From NCBI RefSeq assembly GCF_001194135.2, contig NC_068999.1, positions 965,412 to 1,029,411 on the forward strand: 64,000 nucleotides of DNA, in the 5' to 3' direction. Under the pieces are notes generated by a model. That model did not search any database. It saw nothing but the letters and a program-made list of their open reading frames with translations, and was not told the DNA's origin. The translations under genes were made by a program, and so were the position numbers. Positions 1 to 13,239 of this stretch are shown here, piece by piece (position 1 is the first letter of the stretch; the number at the start of each line of letters is the position of its first letter). This DNA comes from Octopus bimaculoides (lineage: Eukaryota).

Positions 1-66
1 TATATATATACGTACAAATATATATAAATATATATACATATATATATAAATATGTATATATATATA

Positions 67-116
<50 letters not shown>

Positions 117-1401
117 CAGAGACAGATATGTACTTGTATACTCCTCTCTATACTTGTATATTATACAAATACCTTCAGTATGTAAGTAAACATCTCTATA
201 AATATGTGTGTATATGTATTTGGTGCTGCGTGTGTGTATAGGTGTGGGTGTGAGTGCGTATGTTCGTGTGTATGCGTGTATTCGTTTGTATGTGTGTGTC
301 CGTGTATGTGTGCTTGTGTTTGTGTGCATGTGTGCGTATTTCTAATTGCCTCCACCGAAAACAAATATAAATAGATATCATTACATGCAAATATATGCAT
401 TATGCAACGTTTTGCTATTATACGAAATGTGATAAGTATTGTTACGTAAAGGTTCTTTCACCGCATACGCATGTAAGCTTCAATCACAACATTTCGACAT
501 ACTTTTATACTTCATACTTTCGTTCCTTATGTGTGTATACATATATACACGTATATTGTTATACACACACATATGCATATACACACACACACACACACCC
601 TCACCCCCCATATATATANNNNNNNNNNNNNNNNNNNNNNNNNNNNNNNNNNNNNNNNNNNNNNNNNNNNNNNNNNNNNNNNNNNNNNNNNNNNNNNNNN
701 NNNNNNNNNNNNNNNNNNNNNNNNNNNNNNNNNNNNNNNNNNNNNNNNNNNNNNNNNNNNNNNNNNNNNNNNNNNNNNNNNNNNNNNNNNNNNNNNNNNN
801 NNNNNNNNNNNNNNNNNNNNNNNNNNNNNNNNNNNNNNNNNNNNNNNNNNNNNNNNNNNNNNNNNNNNNNNNNNNNNNNNNNNNNNNNNNNNNNNNNNNN
901 NNNNNNNNNNNNNNNNNNNNNNNNNNNNNNNNNNNNNNNNNNNNNNNNNNNNNNNNNNNNNNNNNNNNNNNNNNNNNNNNNNNNNNNNNNNNNNNNNNNN
1001 NNNNNNNNNNNNNNNNNNNNNNNNNNNNNNNNNNNNNNNNNNNNNNNNNNNNNNNNNNNNNNNNNNNNNNNNNNNNNNNNNNNNNNNNNNNNNNNNNNNN
1101 NNNNNNNNNNNNNNNNNNNNNNNNNNNNNNNNNNNNNNNNNNNNNNNNNNNNNNNNNNNNNNNNNNNNNNNNNNNNNNNNNNNNNNNNNNNNNNNNNNNN
1201 NNNNNNNNNNNNNNNNNNNNNNNNNNNNNNNNNNNNNNNNNNNNNNNNNNNNNNNNNNNNNNNNNNNNNNNNNNNNNNNNNNNNNNNNNNNNNNNNNNNN
1301 NNNNNNNNNNNNNNNNNNNNNNNNNNNNNNNNNNNNNNNNNNNNNNNNNNNNNNNNNNNNNNNNNNNNNNNNNNNNNNNNNNNNNNNNNNNNNNNNNNNN
1401 N

Positions 1402-1438
<37 letters not shown>

Positions 1439-1811
1439 TTATAGATCTGTACCAAAAAATTTGGTAACAATATTGTACCTATTATCAACGTAGCAAAATT
1501 CTCATATGAGAGGTAGTTATTCGTACAATTTTGTGTGCATATCGATTTAAATAAGAGCTATAACGCGATCCATTGTAAACACTTTTTAATAACCTATTAT
1601 CATTTCAATGCAAAATTCAGACTCACTCCTGTATGTTATAAGATATGGAATATTGTACCTCCTCAGGGTCAGATTTGGTTAATTCATAGCAGACAGTAAA
1701 AAACAGGCAACATTAATAGTTGTCCTTAAATTACATGTGTATAAACAGGTTGAAAGGACATGAAGCATATTGACACTGCATACAATATCGGTTATGAAAA
1801 CCATTACATGT

Positions 1812-1980
1812 TACACACACACACACACACACGCACACACACACGCACACACACGCACACACATACACACAANNNNNNNNNNCACACACACACACACACA
1901 CGCACACACACACACGCACACACACACGCACACACACACACGCACACACACACGCACACACACGCACACACATACACACA
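1812..1980. repeat. Compound (CA)n microsatellite with CG interruptions and a 10-N gap
   Basis: Direct reading of cacacacacgcacacac units. Confidence 0.95.
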
Positions 1981-2981
1981 ATTAAATAAATATATATGGA
2001 TGTATGTGTATATGAGTAAATGTCCTTTCTGTTTGATGCTGTAAGCACATTTGCTGCAAATATAATGATAGTATTTAATTGGGGTTTGCAGCAGGAAATA
2101 TTATTTTATATTTATATGTCACTATTTGTGAGATAACTTCTTTTTTTTTTTACTATCTCTGGAATAATTCCTGGAAACATTGCTTAATGAGATCTGATAG
2201 TCTTTACCTTACGGTTCTTTAGTTATTTGTAACCGTTTAGAAATTGCGATATTTTTACTCATCTAAGGAAGGCATAAACCCACATATTCCCATATCTGGA
2301 CACCTGTGAATGCTGAGCGAATCTATAGAATTATTAGAATTCATTTCCAGCCTAAAATCACTGAAATCTGCAAAGAAATATAGAAGAATTAAGAAAATAA
2401 TGAGATACAAATTTGTTGGTATAATTGGCTGCAGTTCAGAAAGAATAGAAAGAAAATATGAAAAAATATATACAAAAATACGAAATTATAAATTTGTATT
2501 GATGGCTGGACACTAAAAGGGCATGAGGGGAATAAATTAATGTTAAATGGGATGTGTGTTGGTTTTGGTAATGTGTACGCTGTGACTCTATATAATTCCA
2601 CAACAAGGCATTAATTAATTGCTACAAGCTAATAAGACCCACATGAAATGTTTGTTCTGAGTGCAATGAATTACAAGAAAAGCGCCTATGAAGGATCACT
2701 ACACCTCCCAGAAATAGCAGCGAAAAGTCAACAAACGAACCCGTTTTTTTCTTTTTAAAGAGACATTGGATAGAATAATGCTTGATGACTTGTAAATAGG
2801 ACGGCATGGTCCAGCGCGGAACGCATCTAATTAGAGGTCATTTTGCGTATAGGTTTGTCGGCTTTATACAGGTATATGGCTACACAATATAGACAACAGC
2901 AACAGCCTAAGCTTGTGGGCCCAAATTGGAGGAGATCCTAAAGAAATTTTCTAGAAATATGCATACCTGAAATTACACTCA

Positions 2982-3132
2982 ACCGTAGCTGTGCTTTAAA
3001 AAATTGTCTTGCAACACATTTTTTCCTTTCAGTTTCACTGCGTGGCAAATTTGGCAGCCGTTTTCTAGTCTAGCCTCGGGACAGCGAAAGACTTTTCAAT
3101 GGATATGTTAGACGAAAACCGAAAGAAGCTTG

Positions 3133-3174
<42 letters not shown>

Positions 3175-3380
3175 ACTTGTGTATGTGTGTGTATACACGT
3201 GTGTATGTTTGTGTGTTTTTTTTGTGTGTGTGTGTGTGTGTGTGTGAGTGTGTGTGTGTATACACTTGTGTATGTGTGTGTATACACGTGTGTATGTGTG
3301 TGTGTGTGTGCTTGTGTCTGTGTGTCTTTGTTTATTCCCCACCACCGCTTGACAACCGGTGTTGACCAATCTATAACGTG
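2982..3380 (+). mobile_element. Diverged octopus-type tRNA-derived SINE (family C here) with an internal (GT)n microsatellite
   Basis: Degenerate head ccgtagctgtgc..ttcagtttcactgcgtggca, then tagcctcggg..gaaaaccgaaagaagcttgtcg, (GT)n, then ccccaccaccgcttgacaaccggtgttg. Motif order matches the abundant Octopus SINE as I recall it and the other copies in this window. Confidence 0.75.
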
Positions 3381-4232
3381 ACAGTGCAGGCAGCTACTCT
3401 TTCTGTCGACAAAGAATACCCATGCAATATCCTTTATCAACTAATAAACACAGAATATGAGGAACCAAATCATGTGTTAAAAGATCTTAGAAGCAAAATT
3501 CCAGAAGAAAAAGAAAAAAACATAGAATATGCGTAACCAAAGACCAGACAGGCAAAATGTGAGAGAAAAGAGCTTCCAGACAACATTTAGCAGCAAAGCA
3601 GCAGAAAGAAAAAGACCTGACATCAAAATCTAGACATACAATGCTTTTACATTAAAGATTTGGCTGTAACGATAAAAGAACAAAAAATAATATGTGTGAG
3701 TCAAAGACTTGAGGTAGAGTATATTGCATCAGAAAAATAAATAATGAATTAATTTTAAGCTTCTGACACCATTATTTATATGTAGCTCAACCGGTATGTC
3801 CACCTTTTATAAATAATGTATGTTGATTATTGTGTAATGATGAAAAGAAATATATTTTCTCTAACGAGTGTCAACTGAATGCTCAATGTCTGTGGCGATA
3901 CATTAATCGCATTCGAATGGTGTGAATAGATGAGTAAATGAATTCTAATTTATGCATCAAATAAACAAATTTCTGTTACGTAAAAGTGATTTATAATGTA
4001 TACATAACAATATGTATATATTCATAGAATGATATATAGATATATATATATATATATANNNNNNNNNNNNNNNNNNNNNNNNNNNNNNNNNNNNNNNNNN
4101 NNNNNNNNNNNNNNNNNNNNNNNNNNNNNNNNNNNNNNNNNNNNNNNNNNNNNNNNNNNNNNNNNNNNNNNNNNNNNNNNNNNNNNNNNNNNNNNNNNNN
4201 NNNNNNNNNNNNNNNNNNNNNNNNNNNNNNNN

Positions 4233-4276
<44 letters not shown>

Positions 4277-4283
4277 ATATATA

Positions 4284-4445
4284 AGGCGGGTTTCTTTCAG
4301 GTTCCGTCTGCCAAATACACTCACGATATTTTAGTTGACCTGCGCCTATAGTGGAAGTTATTTTGCCCAGGTTTCTGTGGAGTGAGCCTGAAGCGAGGAT
4401 CACATGGTTGAGAAGCAACCTTCTTAATACAATCAATCCTGAGAC
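4284..4445 (-). mobile_element. Family C SINE, 5' half, minus strand
   Basis: ggcgggtttctttcaggttccgtctgccaaatacactcac..cctatagtggaag..ttgcccagg..cacatggttgagaagcaaccttctta is the reverse complement of the head and body of the copy at 2982. The adjacent (TA)n plus gap lies where the internal microsatellite is expected. Confidence 0.75.
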
Positions 4446-4633
4446 TATAAATGAGCAAAGATACAATCACAAATTTATGAGAATATACGCGTCTATACTC
4501 GTGTGTGCTAATATACGTGTGAGTATGTGTACATGTAATGGTATATATTTAAGCTTACTAATTGTGTGTTTATTCGTGCGCGTGTAACTGTGTGTATGTT
4601 TGAAGTTTCGTAAGTGGATTGGTCCACGTGACA

Positions 4634-4634
<1 letters not shown>

Positions 4635-4714
<80 letters not shown>

Positions 4715-4726
4715 CGTGTGTGTGTC
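4635..4726. repeat. (GT)n microsatellite
   Basis: Direct reading. Confidence 0.95.
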
Positions 4727-4879
4727 ACTTGAGTGTCTATCTCATACAATGTAGAAATGTTTGTGTTCGCTGAACCAAAATTCTTTGAAGGACGTTTAAT
4801 TAAATTTCTAAAATAGTCGTAAACGTATTTCTGTTGAAGTGGCAGCAGCAGTCTTTGACGACGGGGGCGGTAGTGATAA

Positions 4880-4990
4880 TAATGATGAGGAAGCTGGTGT
4901 TACTACTGATGGTGATGGTGATGATGGTGATGAAGAAGATGCTGCTGATGATGACGATGGTGATGATGACGATGATGATGATGGTGATTA
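4880..4990. repeat. Degenerate (GAT/GGT)n trinucleotide tract
   Basis: Direct reading. It produces the Met/Val-rich ORF at 4834. Confidence 0.85.
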
Positions 4991-5179
4991 ACTCTTTCCA
5001 AAATCGTTTATTAATTTTAATGACAGAAGATGTGTTTTCTATAAAGACACACATATATACTCATAGATATATAGATATATATTTATGCGTGTGTATGTGC
5101 AGGTGTATGTTTGTGCGTGAGTGCGTGTTGGTGTGTGTATTTATATATATTGACACAGAATATACATATTGTATGTATA

Positions 5180-5219
<40 letters not shown>

Positions 5220-5456
5220 NNNNNNNNNNNNNNNNNNNNNNNNNNNNNNNNNNNNNNNNNNNNNNNNNNNNNNNNNNNNNNNNNNNNNNNNNNNNNNNNN
5301 NNNNNNNNNNNNNNNNNNNNNNNNNNNNNNNNNNNNNNNNNNNNNNNNNNNNNNNNNNNNNNNNNNNNNNNNNNNNNNNNNNNNNNNNNNNNNNNNNNNN
5401 NNNNNNNNNNNNNNNNNNNNNNNNNNNNNNNNNNNNNNNNNNNNNNNNNNNNNNNN

Positions 5457-5488
<32 letters not shown>

Positions 5489-5536
5489 GTGTGGATGAGT
5501 GTGTCATTGTATGGACATGTACATCTGAATGTTAAT

Positions 5537-5569
<33 letters not shown>

Positions 5570-7376
5570 TACAAACCCTGTGTATGTCCGTATATTTGTA
5601 ATTATATATGCGTCTACTAATACAGTATATCATACTATATAACTCCAGCACCAACGCCATTTTCCAAGTGATGCAGTAATTACAGTAAATGATAATTCGT
5701 CATGTTATAATTATGACAAGTCTTAACTCAGTAAGAACACAAATCAAACAATACTTGCTTAATTGACAGCTAATTATAACACTGGCAATATATTCTAATG
5801 GAAGGTTACTTAAACTTTGCTGCTACGGCTTCATATAAGTGAATAACGATTGACAACCAAATCACTGTTGTTACGGTGATGCCCGGTTTACTCTCATTAA
5901 GGAATTTTGTTTCTCAGGAGTTCTGAGTTCGCTTTCCATGTGCTTGAGGAATTGTAAAGTTTCACAACTTAAGCAAGACCTGAATGATCAGCGATATCTA
6001 CCTAGAATGAAATCTATCTTCAACAAATCTGAGGGTTAATTGGGAACCATTCTGACAAGGAGTTATACTGGGATGAGTTTTAAGTGACTCGGATTGCTCA
6101 AAATACATTATATGTTTTCTGGACGAAGGAACCCGTTGTTTGTTCTACTAGAAAGACAAATGTACCATTTGATTAGGAAGGTCTTCAAATCCTGAGATTT
6201 CTCTATCAGAGACCACCTTGCATGTGTATGAAAACAAAAGTGGAAGACATTTTTAACGTGAACAAACGATTATTTCTGTCTAGTAACATCTTGCAAACGA
6301 TTCGAGTAGCATTTTTCTATGCGACGAAAGATCTCTATATCCAGAACTTGTAAGAGCTAAGAGCCAGCGTATTTATAGGTACAAGGAGAGGTGTGTGTGT
6401 ATTTGCTTGTCTGCAGCTCATTCCACTGAAGTATTTTATAAAGGTCCACATTCATTCATATTCTTCCGAGGCCTGCCTATTTTCCCTGTGAAACGAACTG
6501 ATCGTGTTACAGTATGGAACGATGAATGAAAAAAACAAACATGTCTGCCTGTCATTTTATATTAATAGGACATTCAAACTTCTCCTAATTATGTCGTCTT
6601 AAAACACTTCTCTCTCAAATTCAGGTTGATATTCCACAGACGAAAGAGGACACTAACCATGCATAATTAAAATAATTATCTGTTAGCTCCATTGATTATA
6701 TTTATTACTTTTCGTTTCATATCACACTAGATGCATCCAAATTAAAATATACACTTCTACCAGATTGCAGAAAAGTGTTTTAATATTATTAGCCAGAATT
6801 TTCCAGAAAATTGCTTTCGTTGTTTAAATAGTAAAATACAATTTGGTACTTTTAGCTTTCATTTTAGATTTTTCTTTTTCTCACTATTACATTTATAAAA
6901 TGTAGTTGCCGCAGTTCAGAGTTTGGCTGCCAAAAGACATTTGCTGGTTTACATTCTAATTTAACACATTTCCAAAATAACGATTTCGTTAAACGTTAGC
7001 ATCTTTCATCGTTTCATCGTGATGAATAAAAAATTTTAATCAAGAAAGAATAAACGATGTTAACGAAAGAAGTCGTACCAAAAATGTGTTGACCAAACGC
7101 AACACTGTGGTTTGTGTGAGTGAAAAGGCAAACAGATACTCTTGCGCTAACAGGACGATTCCATGGCACAGTCAGCGTTTATTATTGAAATAATGAGCAA
7201 AGGAACCGCAAGAGAAAGGAGAAGGGGATTCTCGCGCAGGAAAAAAAAATATAAAAGAATTTGTTTAAGGGTTTCAAAATGCACTGGTGTCTCAAAACGT
7301 GGAGCCGTTTTTTAATTCTGTCATAGATTTATTCAAATGCCAATCCGGTTTCGAAAATGTCTTGCTTGTCAAAGAT

Positions 7377-7433
7377 AATAAATAAATAAATAAATACATA
7401 AATAAATAAATAAATAAATAAATACATAAATAA
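7377..7433. repeat. (AAAT)n tetranucleotide repeat with two ACAT interruptions
   Basis: Direct reading. Confidence 0.9.
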
Positions 7434-8860
7434 AGGAGTTCGGAGACTTTAAATCCAGAAGGTAAGTTTCAGAAACGATCAGATTTTCACAGAAATTTCA
7501 ATGAGTTTCTCAAGGATTGACAGTAATATGAGTGAAAATGTTTAATGATGATCATAAACAAACAGACATCATTGAAAGTTTAGCCATATTGAGTTTTTAT
7601 TTTTTTTTAATGGTGAAGACAAAGAACAAGGATGGGCGGAAAGAAAATGATGATTCTTTTTTTTTAATTTTACGGTGGAAGCGAATCCGGAATCGTATTC
7701 TTGGGAAGCAAACCTCTTGTCACACACCGACGACCAAAACCTTTATGAGAAACGTCATAACATTTATGTATATTTGAGAATATATTGCTAACAATCCCGT
7801 CTATTGCTGGTGCAACAGCGAAAGATTGTTTAGTAAATCCCAATATACATATGCATATATATATATATATATGCATGTATATACACACACACGTATCTAT
7901 GCATGTATGTATGTATGAATAAATCTGCAATGTTTCAAAGCACGTTTGTGGATTTAGTAAAACTCAATATCGAATCCAGCTTTACCAGAGATATCAACAT
8001 TGATAGAATTATTAGAAATTTTGCAGAGAAAAATTCCAGAGAATCATCCATTATATTATCTGATTAGCTTCATCGATGCCTCGTATGCAACACGGATGTA
8101 TTTGTTCATTCTGGTCCACAATGAGAAACGAAAAAAAGGAAAAACATTTACAAAAATATCTCAATGGTCATATTTTGTTATCCTGAGTTTAGTTATCGTG
8201 TTTAATTATAATTGAACATGATGGCTAATCTCATGATAACTCAACATGACCATCCATACATTCATAGTTCAGGGCTTTCATAATCAGACACCAAAAGAGG
8301 TCTTCTCTGTTTATAATTCTTTATAGTCATATTTTTGTTTTCGGAAACGGACAGACATCCTGCGATGTTAGAATCTCATCTCATGCAATTGTTTTTATTA
8401 CAATAAATAAATACAAATGAAACACTAAATATTTCATACGCAATTACGTTCTTCAAATCATAAATTATCAAAATATTTTTTACACTTCCTCCGATGTGCA
8501 AAAGTCGTCTTGTTTCAACTTCAGAATTTAACTTCGGCTATTCCTTTCCATATATGTAGTCAGCTCCATTATTCTCTGTGTATGGCTTCATGAAGTCTAT
8601 GAAGGAATACCTTACTTTTTAAGATCTAAATTTACTCAATCTGCGACTTTTAAGAGAAACTACTCACAGACAGACACTTATACACAAACACACACGCATG
8701 TTTAAAGTATATTCCGGTAGTAACGTAGAAGAGTAAAAATAGAGCTAGTTCACCCTTAGAATTACCAAATAGCCGGCAGTATTACCGTATACTTCCAAGT
8801 TTAGGCTTAGGCATTCATCGGGTGTTAAAATAAAATTGAATAAAATAGAGTCAGCAAGAA

Positions 8861-9250
8861 GTGATATATAATTACTGTCCCCGTTAATAACTCTTTGACT
8901 TCGACGCTAATGCATCCTACTGGCTTGTTTGAATCTAGTGGATGCGGGTAATCCCAATTCCGTTCGCTGTCAATGTGCTTTCAATGTTGACAAGAAATTA
9001 TCCGAATTTTCTTTTATTCAAGTTTTAGGCAGACGATAGCTTTCGAAGCTAATCTATCGTCTGCCAATTCTTTAGTCAAATCACTTGATCCATGCACTCT
9101 TAACAAAGGAAGCCTCTCGTGTCAACATTGAAGGCACGCTGACAGCGAGCGGAATGGAAATACCAGCGTCTATTAGATATAAACGAGCTAGTTGGATGTG
9201 TTAACATCGAAGTCAAATATTTACTAATGAGGACGGCGATTGTATATCAC
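8861..9250. repeat. Long imperfect inverted repeat: arms 8861-8991 and 9121-9250, with an inner perfect 12-bp stem at 9028-9039/9054-9065
   Basis: Manual alignment of the left arm to the reverse complement of the right arm gives 102/130 Watson-Crick pairs, 28 substitutions (22 transitions) and one 1-nt bulge. Inner stem ggcagacgatag/ctatcgtctgcc. Confidence 0.93.
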
Positions 9251-9419
9251 ATGAGGAGATACATCTGGATCCCATTATACAGGTAAACCATTGCTTAATT
9301 TAAATCCTGTGTATATGTGGATTTATGTTGTATCGAAACATGTGTAGTGTTTATGAAATAGCTGTCTAATCGTACTCCTTCTTGTTGATTCTATTTCATT
9401 CAATTATATATACATGTGT

Positions 9420-9686
9420 GTTCGTGCGTATGTGTGTGTGTGTGTGCGTGTGTATGTGTATGTCTTTGCGTTAGAGTTTGTGCCCTACCACCACTTGACA
9501 ACTAGTGTTGGCGTGTTTTCATCCACGTAACCTCGAGGTTCGTAAAATAAACCGATAGCATGAGTACCAGAGTCTCAAAATAGGCAAACATATTACTGGG
9601 ATCGATTTATTCGGCTATAACTCTTCAATGCGGCTCCCTAGCATGGTTTCAGCCTAATAACGCAAATGGGTAAAACAAAAAAGATA
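9420..9686 (+). mobile_element. Family C SINE, 3' half after a (GT)n tract
   Basis: (GT)n followed by ctaccaccacttgacaactagtgttggcgtgtt..gtaacctcgaggttcgtaaaataaaccgatagcatgagtaccag..tactgggatcgatttattcggc..gcggctccctagcatgg. The first part matches 3335-3365. Confidence 0.75.
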
Positions 9687-11087
9687 TATGTCTACTCACA
9701 CACACACGAGAACCCAGAGTGTATTTATTCCAGTTACTCTGTATCCTGATGATATTTCAACAACTTCTCTATACGTATGTATTTACTTTGACTCTTCCCC
9801 AGGAATAAATATCAAACGAAGTTCTTGTAGCTATCCTCTATGGAAGTTCAGAGAACGTGTTGCTATGTAACTGTTGACAGTATATCAATAAACTTCAACA
9901 CTGTGTACGGACACATTTACAGACCACCTCACTTTGTCTTATATAAATAGACGGTGCTAAATTCATGCGCTACTTATTCAATCTCTACCACATTTTCCCG
10001 AGAGTTGCGTTGTTTGGAACTACAGTTCGTCCGCATCGATTTACTGGTCGATGCGTTTCCGACGGCGAAATGGCCAATCGTGAATTGTGGAAGTGTGAAG
10101 GGACTTGCCGCAGAATAAATATAAACGTAAAATTTCCCTTTCAAAACATCGTTTTCCTTATGGCCTCGCTGGCGTTTACAATACCATTCGCCTGTAAATG
10201 TTGGTATACATTTATGCGCATTCATACATATGTACATACACACGTGCACACACATATACACATGTGTGTATGTTTATGCATACATGTTGTTCTGGAGCGA
10301 AAGAAATACATTGAAACTGACAACAATTAGTTGTGTATTCAAAACCTGCCATCCAGTAATTAATTTGTTTCATTAAGGATTTGTTTAATTTGTTATTTTA
10401 AGACCAGAAGGTAGAACCATATTGAGTTTCGAACTGAGAAATTCTGTTCAATGAAGGAAACGTTACTCAATGAAAGAAATGCCAGTCAATGAAAGAACAA
10501 AGTAAGTTACTTATAATAGTAAGCATTTTTGCTGTGGTTGTCAACTTTTCAAGTTACCAAATTTCGAGTTACCAAGATTAGCGTTTATAGGGCCATCGGG
10601 ACAGGAAGGAATAATACAGACATTGCCTTCTGTTTAGAAAGCGAGCTAAAACACTCGGAATAAAGTGGTTTAAGGATAAATGCATCTAACCAATGTGTTC
10701 GAACTCAAGCGAAGGATATGTAGCACAAGTAAAGTGGACTGGTTCTCTGGAGGTTTCATGCGCATCTCGTTTTTGCTGCAAGTCCTGCTTCTAAGTGTTT
10801 TTAGTCGAAGCTACCAACCTCAATAGCAACAAATCAGATGTTAGGCAAATTGGTCTTACCAGTTGTACCTCATGAACTCTACAGTGCATTTCCGTTTTAC
10901 AGTAAATGACAGTCGCCAGGGAAACGTTTTAATAACACAGATGAAATGAAAGTGAAATCGAAACGACATACACTGATGCGCACCTAAGCATTTCAAAGTT
11001 TGGCACTTATGTCAGCATTCTCCGTTTGTGGCAGCAAAGATGCTTGAAACCATCACAGATACCATTTCTGCCAACAACTTTTAAATT

Positions 11088-11155
11088 CGCTGTGTGGATC
11101 GAACCTGGATCTTCGTATGTACGCACTAGCGTTACAATCAGACAACCGTGCCTGC
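11088..11155 (-). mobile_element. tRNA-like Pol III head (SINE head or tRNA pseudogene fragment)
   Basis: The minus strand reads ggcacggttgtctgattgt..gatccaggttcgatcc, a clear B box (GGTTCGATCC) with a weak A box. The cloverleaf stems do not pair. Confidence 0.3.
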
Positions 11156-11833
11156 AACCGAGAGATGTTACTTTTATTTAAAGCTCTGTGAAATGTGATC
11201 AAACGTGAATGGGCGATGTTGTGTTTCGAAACTATATCACCTAGAAATACAAAAGAAACTATCCGTCGTATCAACGAAAATCGTATGAAAGCAGACAAGT
11301 TGGAATTTTATTGTATAATAGGTTATTTTGAATATTTAATCAAGTAGATTCCATTTAAGAACCAGCCAAGCTTGTGTATCATAAATGCCAGACTATCTTT
11401 AAGTAGATAACTCACATGGCCAAGTTTTCAATGAAAGAATCTTGTCAGAGGAATACAATCAGTGTGTTTGTCTGTTAGCGGAAGTCCATAAGCTATCAAT
11501 TAAGTTATGTGTGATAGAGAAGAAGACACACATCTTCTGTATGCGCTGAAAAATAGTCTGCTGTGTTTCTTTAAAGCCGGACTTAAGTAGTTTCTTCTTT
11601 TAAAATAAAAACAGTTGCTTTTTTATTGAAAACAATATACAGATGAGATTCAAATTAGCAGACATAGACACACACAAACAGACACACGCACATACACACA
11701 TACACACACAAATGCATGCACGAGTGGGATATTGTGTGTTTATGTGTGTATCTATATATGTATGTGCACATTTACGTATACATATAGATAATTTTATATA
11801 TAAGCATTGTGTGTGTAAATATATATATTTATA

Positions 11834-11870
<37 letters not shown>

Positions 11871-12956
11871 ATATAAATGAATATATGTGTATTTTATATA
11901 TGTACATAGCAACGTGCGCAACATGCTTACACGCAGCAGCCGATAAAAGTCAAACAGAGAGATTTTATATAAGTCAGTCGCCGTACGCGCTAGAAGTAGA
12001 AACCACATGCCACATAGCGATTGGGGATATTTCACTATTAATTAGATTATAATTAGTGGAATTCAAGAGATGGCTACGGCTGGAAAGTCTTTGTAATATT
12101 AACGCAGATTTTGTGGTAAACAACGAAACCAGCAAGAATAAGCGCATGAATTTCAAAGGGACAAAGAAGGAACATTCCGAATCGTCGGTGAACCTGCTGC
12201 ATGTAGGAAGCAAATATTACTCAAATCTTACCAATTTCTCCCAATAACAATAACGGTAGCTCGGAGAGTGTGATCAAATATAAACTATATTTGAATGAAA
12301 TATGTGACGAATGTTTAGTCATGGATCTGCTCTGCCTTTAGGCTGAACTGTGACTTAAAAACAATGCACAACGACTCAGCATCTTCGCTTAAACTGGAGA
12401 AAATATCACTGAAATGTACCCCATATTAAAATAAATTTGTTTGAAATTTTAAGGTGTTTCCATTATTTTGTCCAACACCTGTATATATATGGATTGGTAA
12501 ATAGATAGATCGATACATATATATATATGTGTATATATATATATATACATATATATGAATACGTATGTATACATATACATACAAATATGCATGTATGCCT
12601 ATATATGTATAGGCGTCTATATGTACGTATATGTATATACATATGTGTGTGTATGTGTGTATGTATACGCATATATACATATATATATATAAATATATGT
12701 GCGTGCGTATGTGTGTATAGATATGAAATAATATTGTAGGAGACACATGCACAGAAGCGCACACACACATGTAATACATTTGTTGAACTCTAAATTATTT
12801 TTTTGTGTTATTATGCATCTTGTGTTTGGCATATGAGTATCCACATGTGCTGTTTATTTCTGCAGATATGAAGCTTTGACTCTGTCTGTGTGCGTTCTGT
12901 TTACAACTCTGGAAATAAGCGAATGTGATTTCTCATTCTCCTAATATCTCCATCGT

Positions 12957-12960
<4 letters not shown>

Positions 12961-13024
<64 letters not shown>

Positions 13025-13080
13025 TCTCATTCTATCTTTCCCTATCCCAACCTCTCTCTCTATCTCTCTTTCTCCCTCCC
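12961..13080. repeat. (CT)n microsatellite decaying into a pyrimidine tract
   Basis: Direct reading. Confidence 0.92.
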
Positions 13081-13239
13081 TTTCTTTCTTGGTCATGCTT
13101 AATTGATGTGGAGTTGTTTACCATTCCTGGGAAATAAAATATGTATTCCATAGCTGTTTCCATTTAACAATACTTAGCGTGACTGAACCGCATGAATAAA
13201 ATTATTCTGATGCAAGCATTAGCACAAACATCATCAGCA

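Noticed and set aside
7155-7467. Possible plus-strand exon: ctaacag/G near 7155, a ~50-aa basic ORF (MAQSAFIIE..), and AG/GTAAGT at about 7460
   Set aside because: The ORF stops before the donor, the interval contains an (AAAT)n repeat, and the peptide is unrecognisable.
9222-9270. ctaatgaggac resembling a hammerhead ribozyme core at the end of the rod hairpin
   Set aside because: The core would need CUGANGA (here CUAAUGA) plus a stem II followed by GAAA. Neither is present.
10447-10500. Three tcaatgaa(a/g)gaa motifs at ~19-bp spacing
   Set aside because: Short, AT-rich, only three units with unrelated spacers. It is not CRISPR-like and is most likely a decayed minisatellite.
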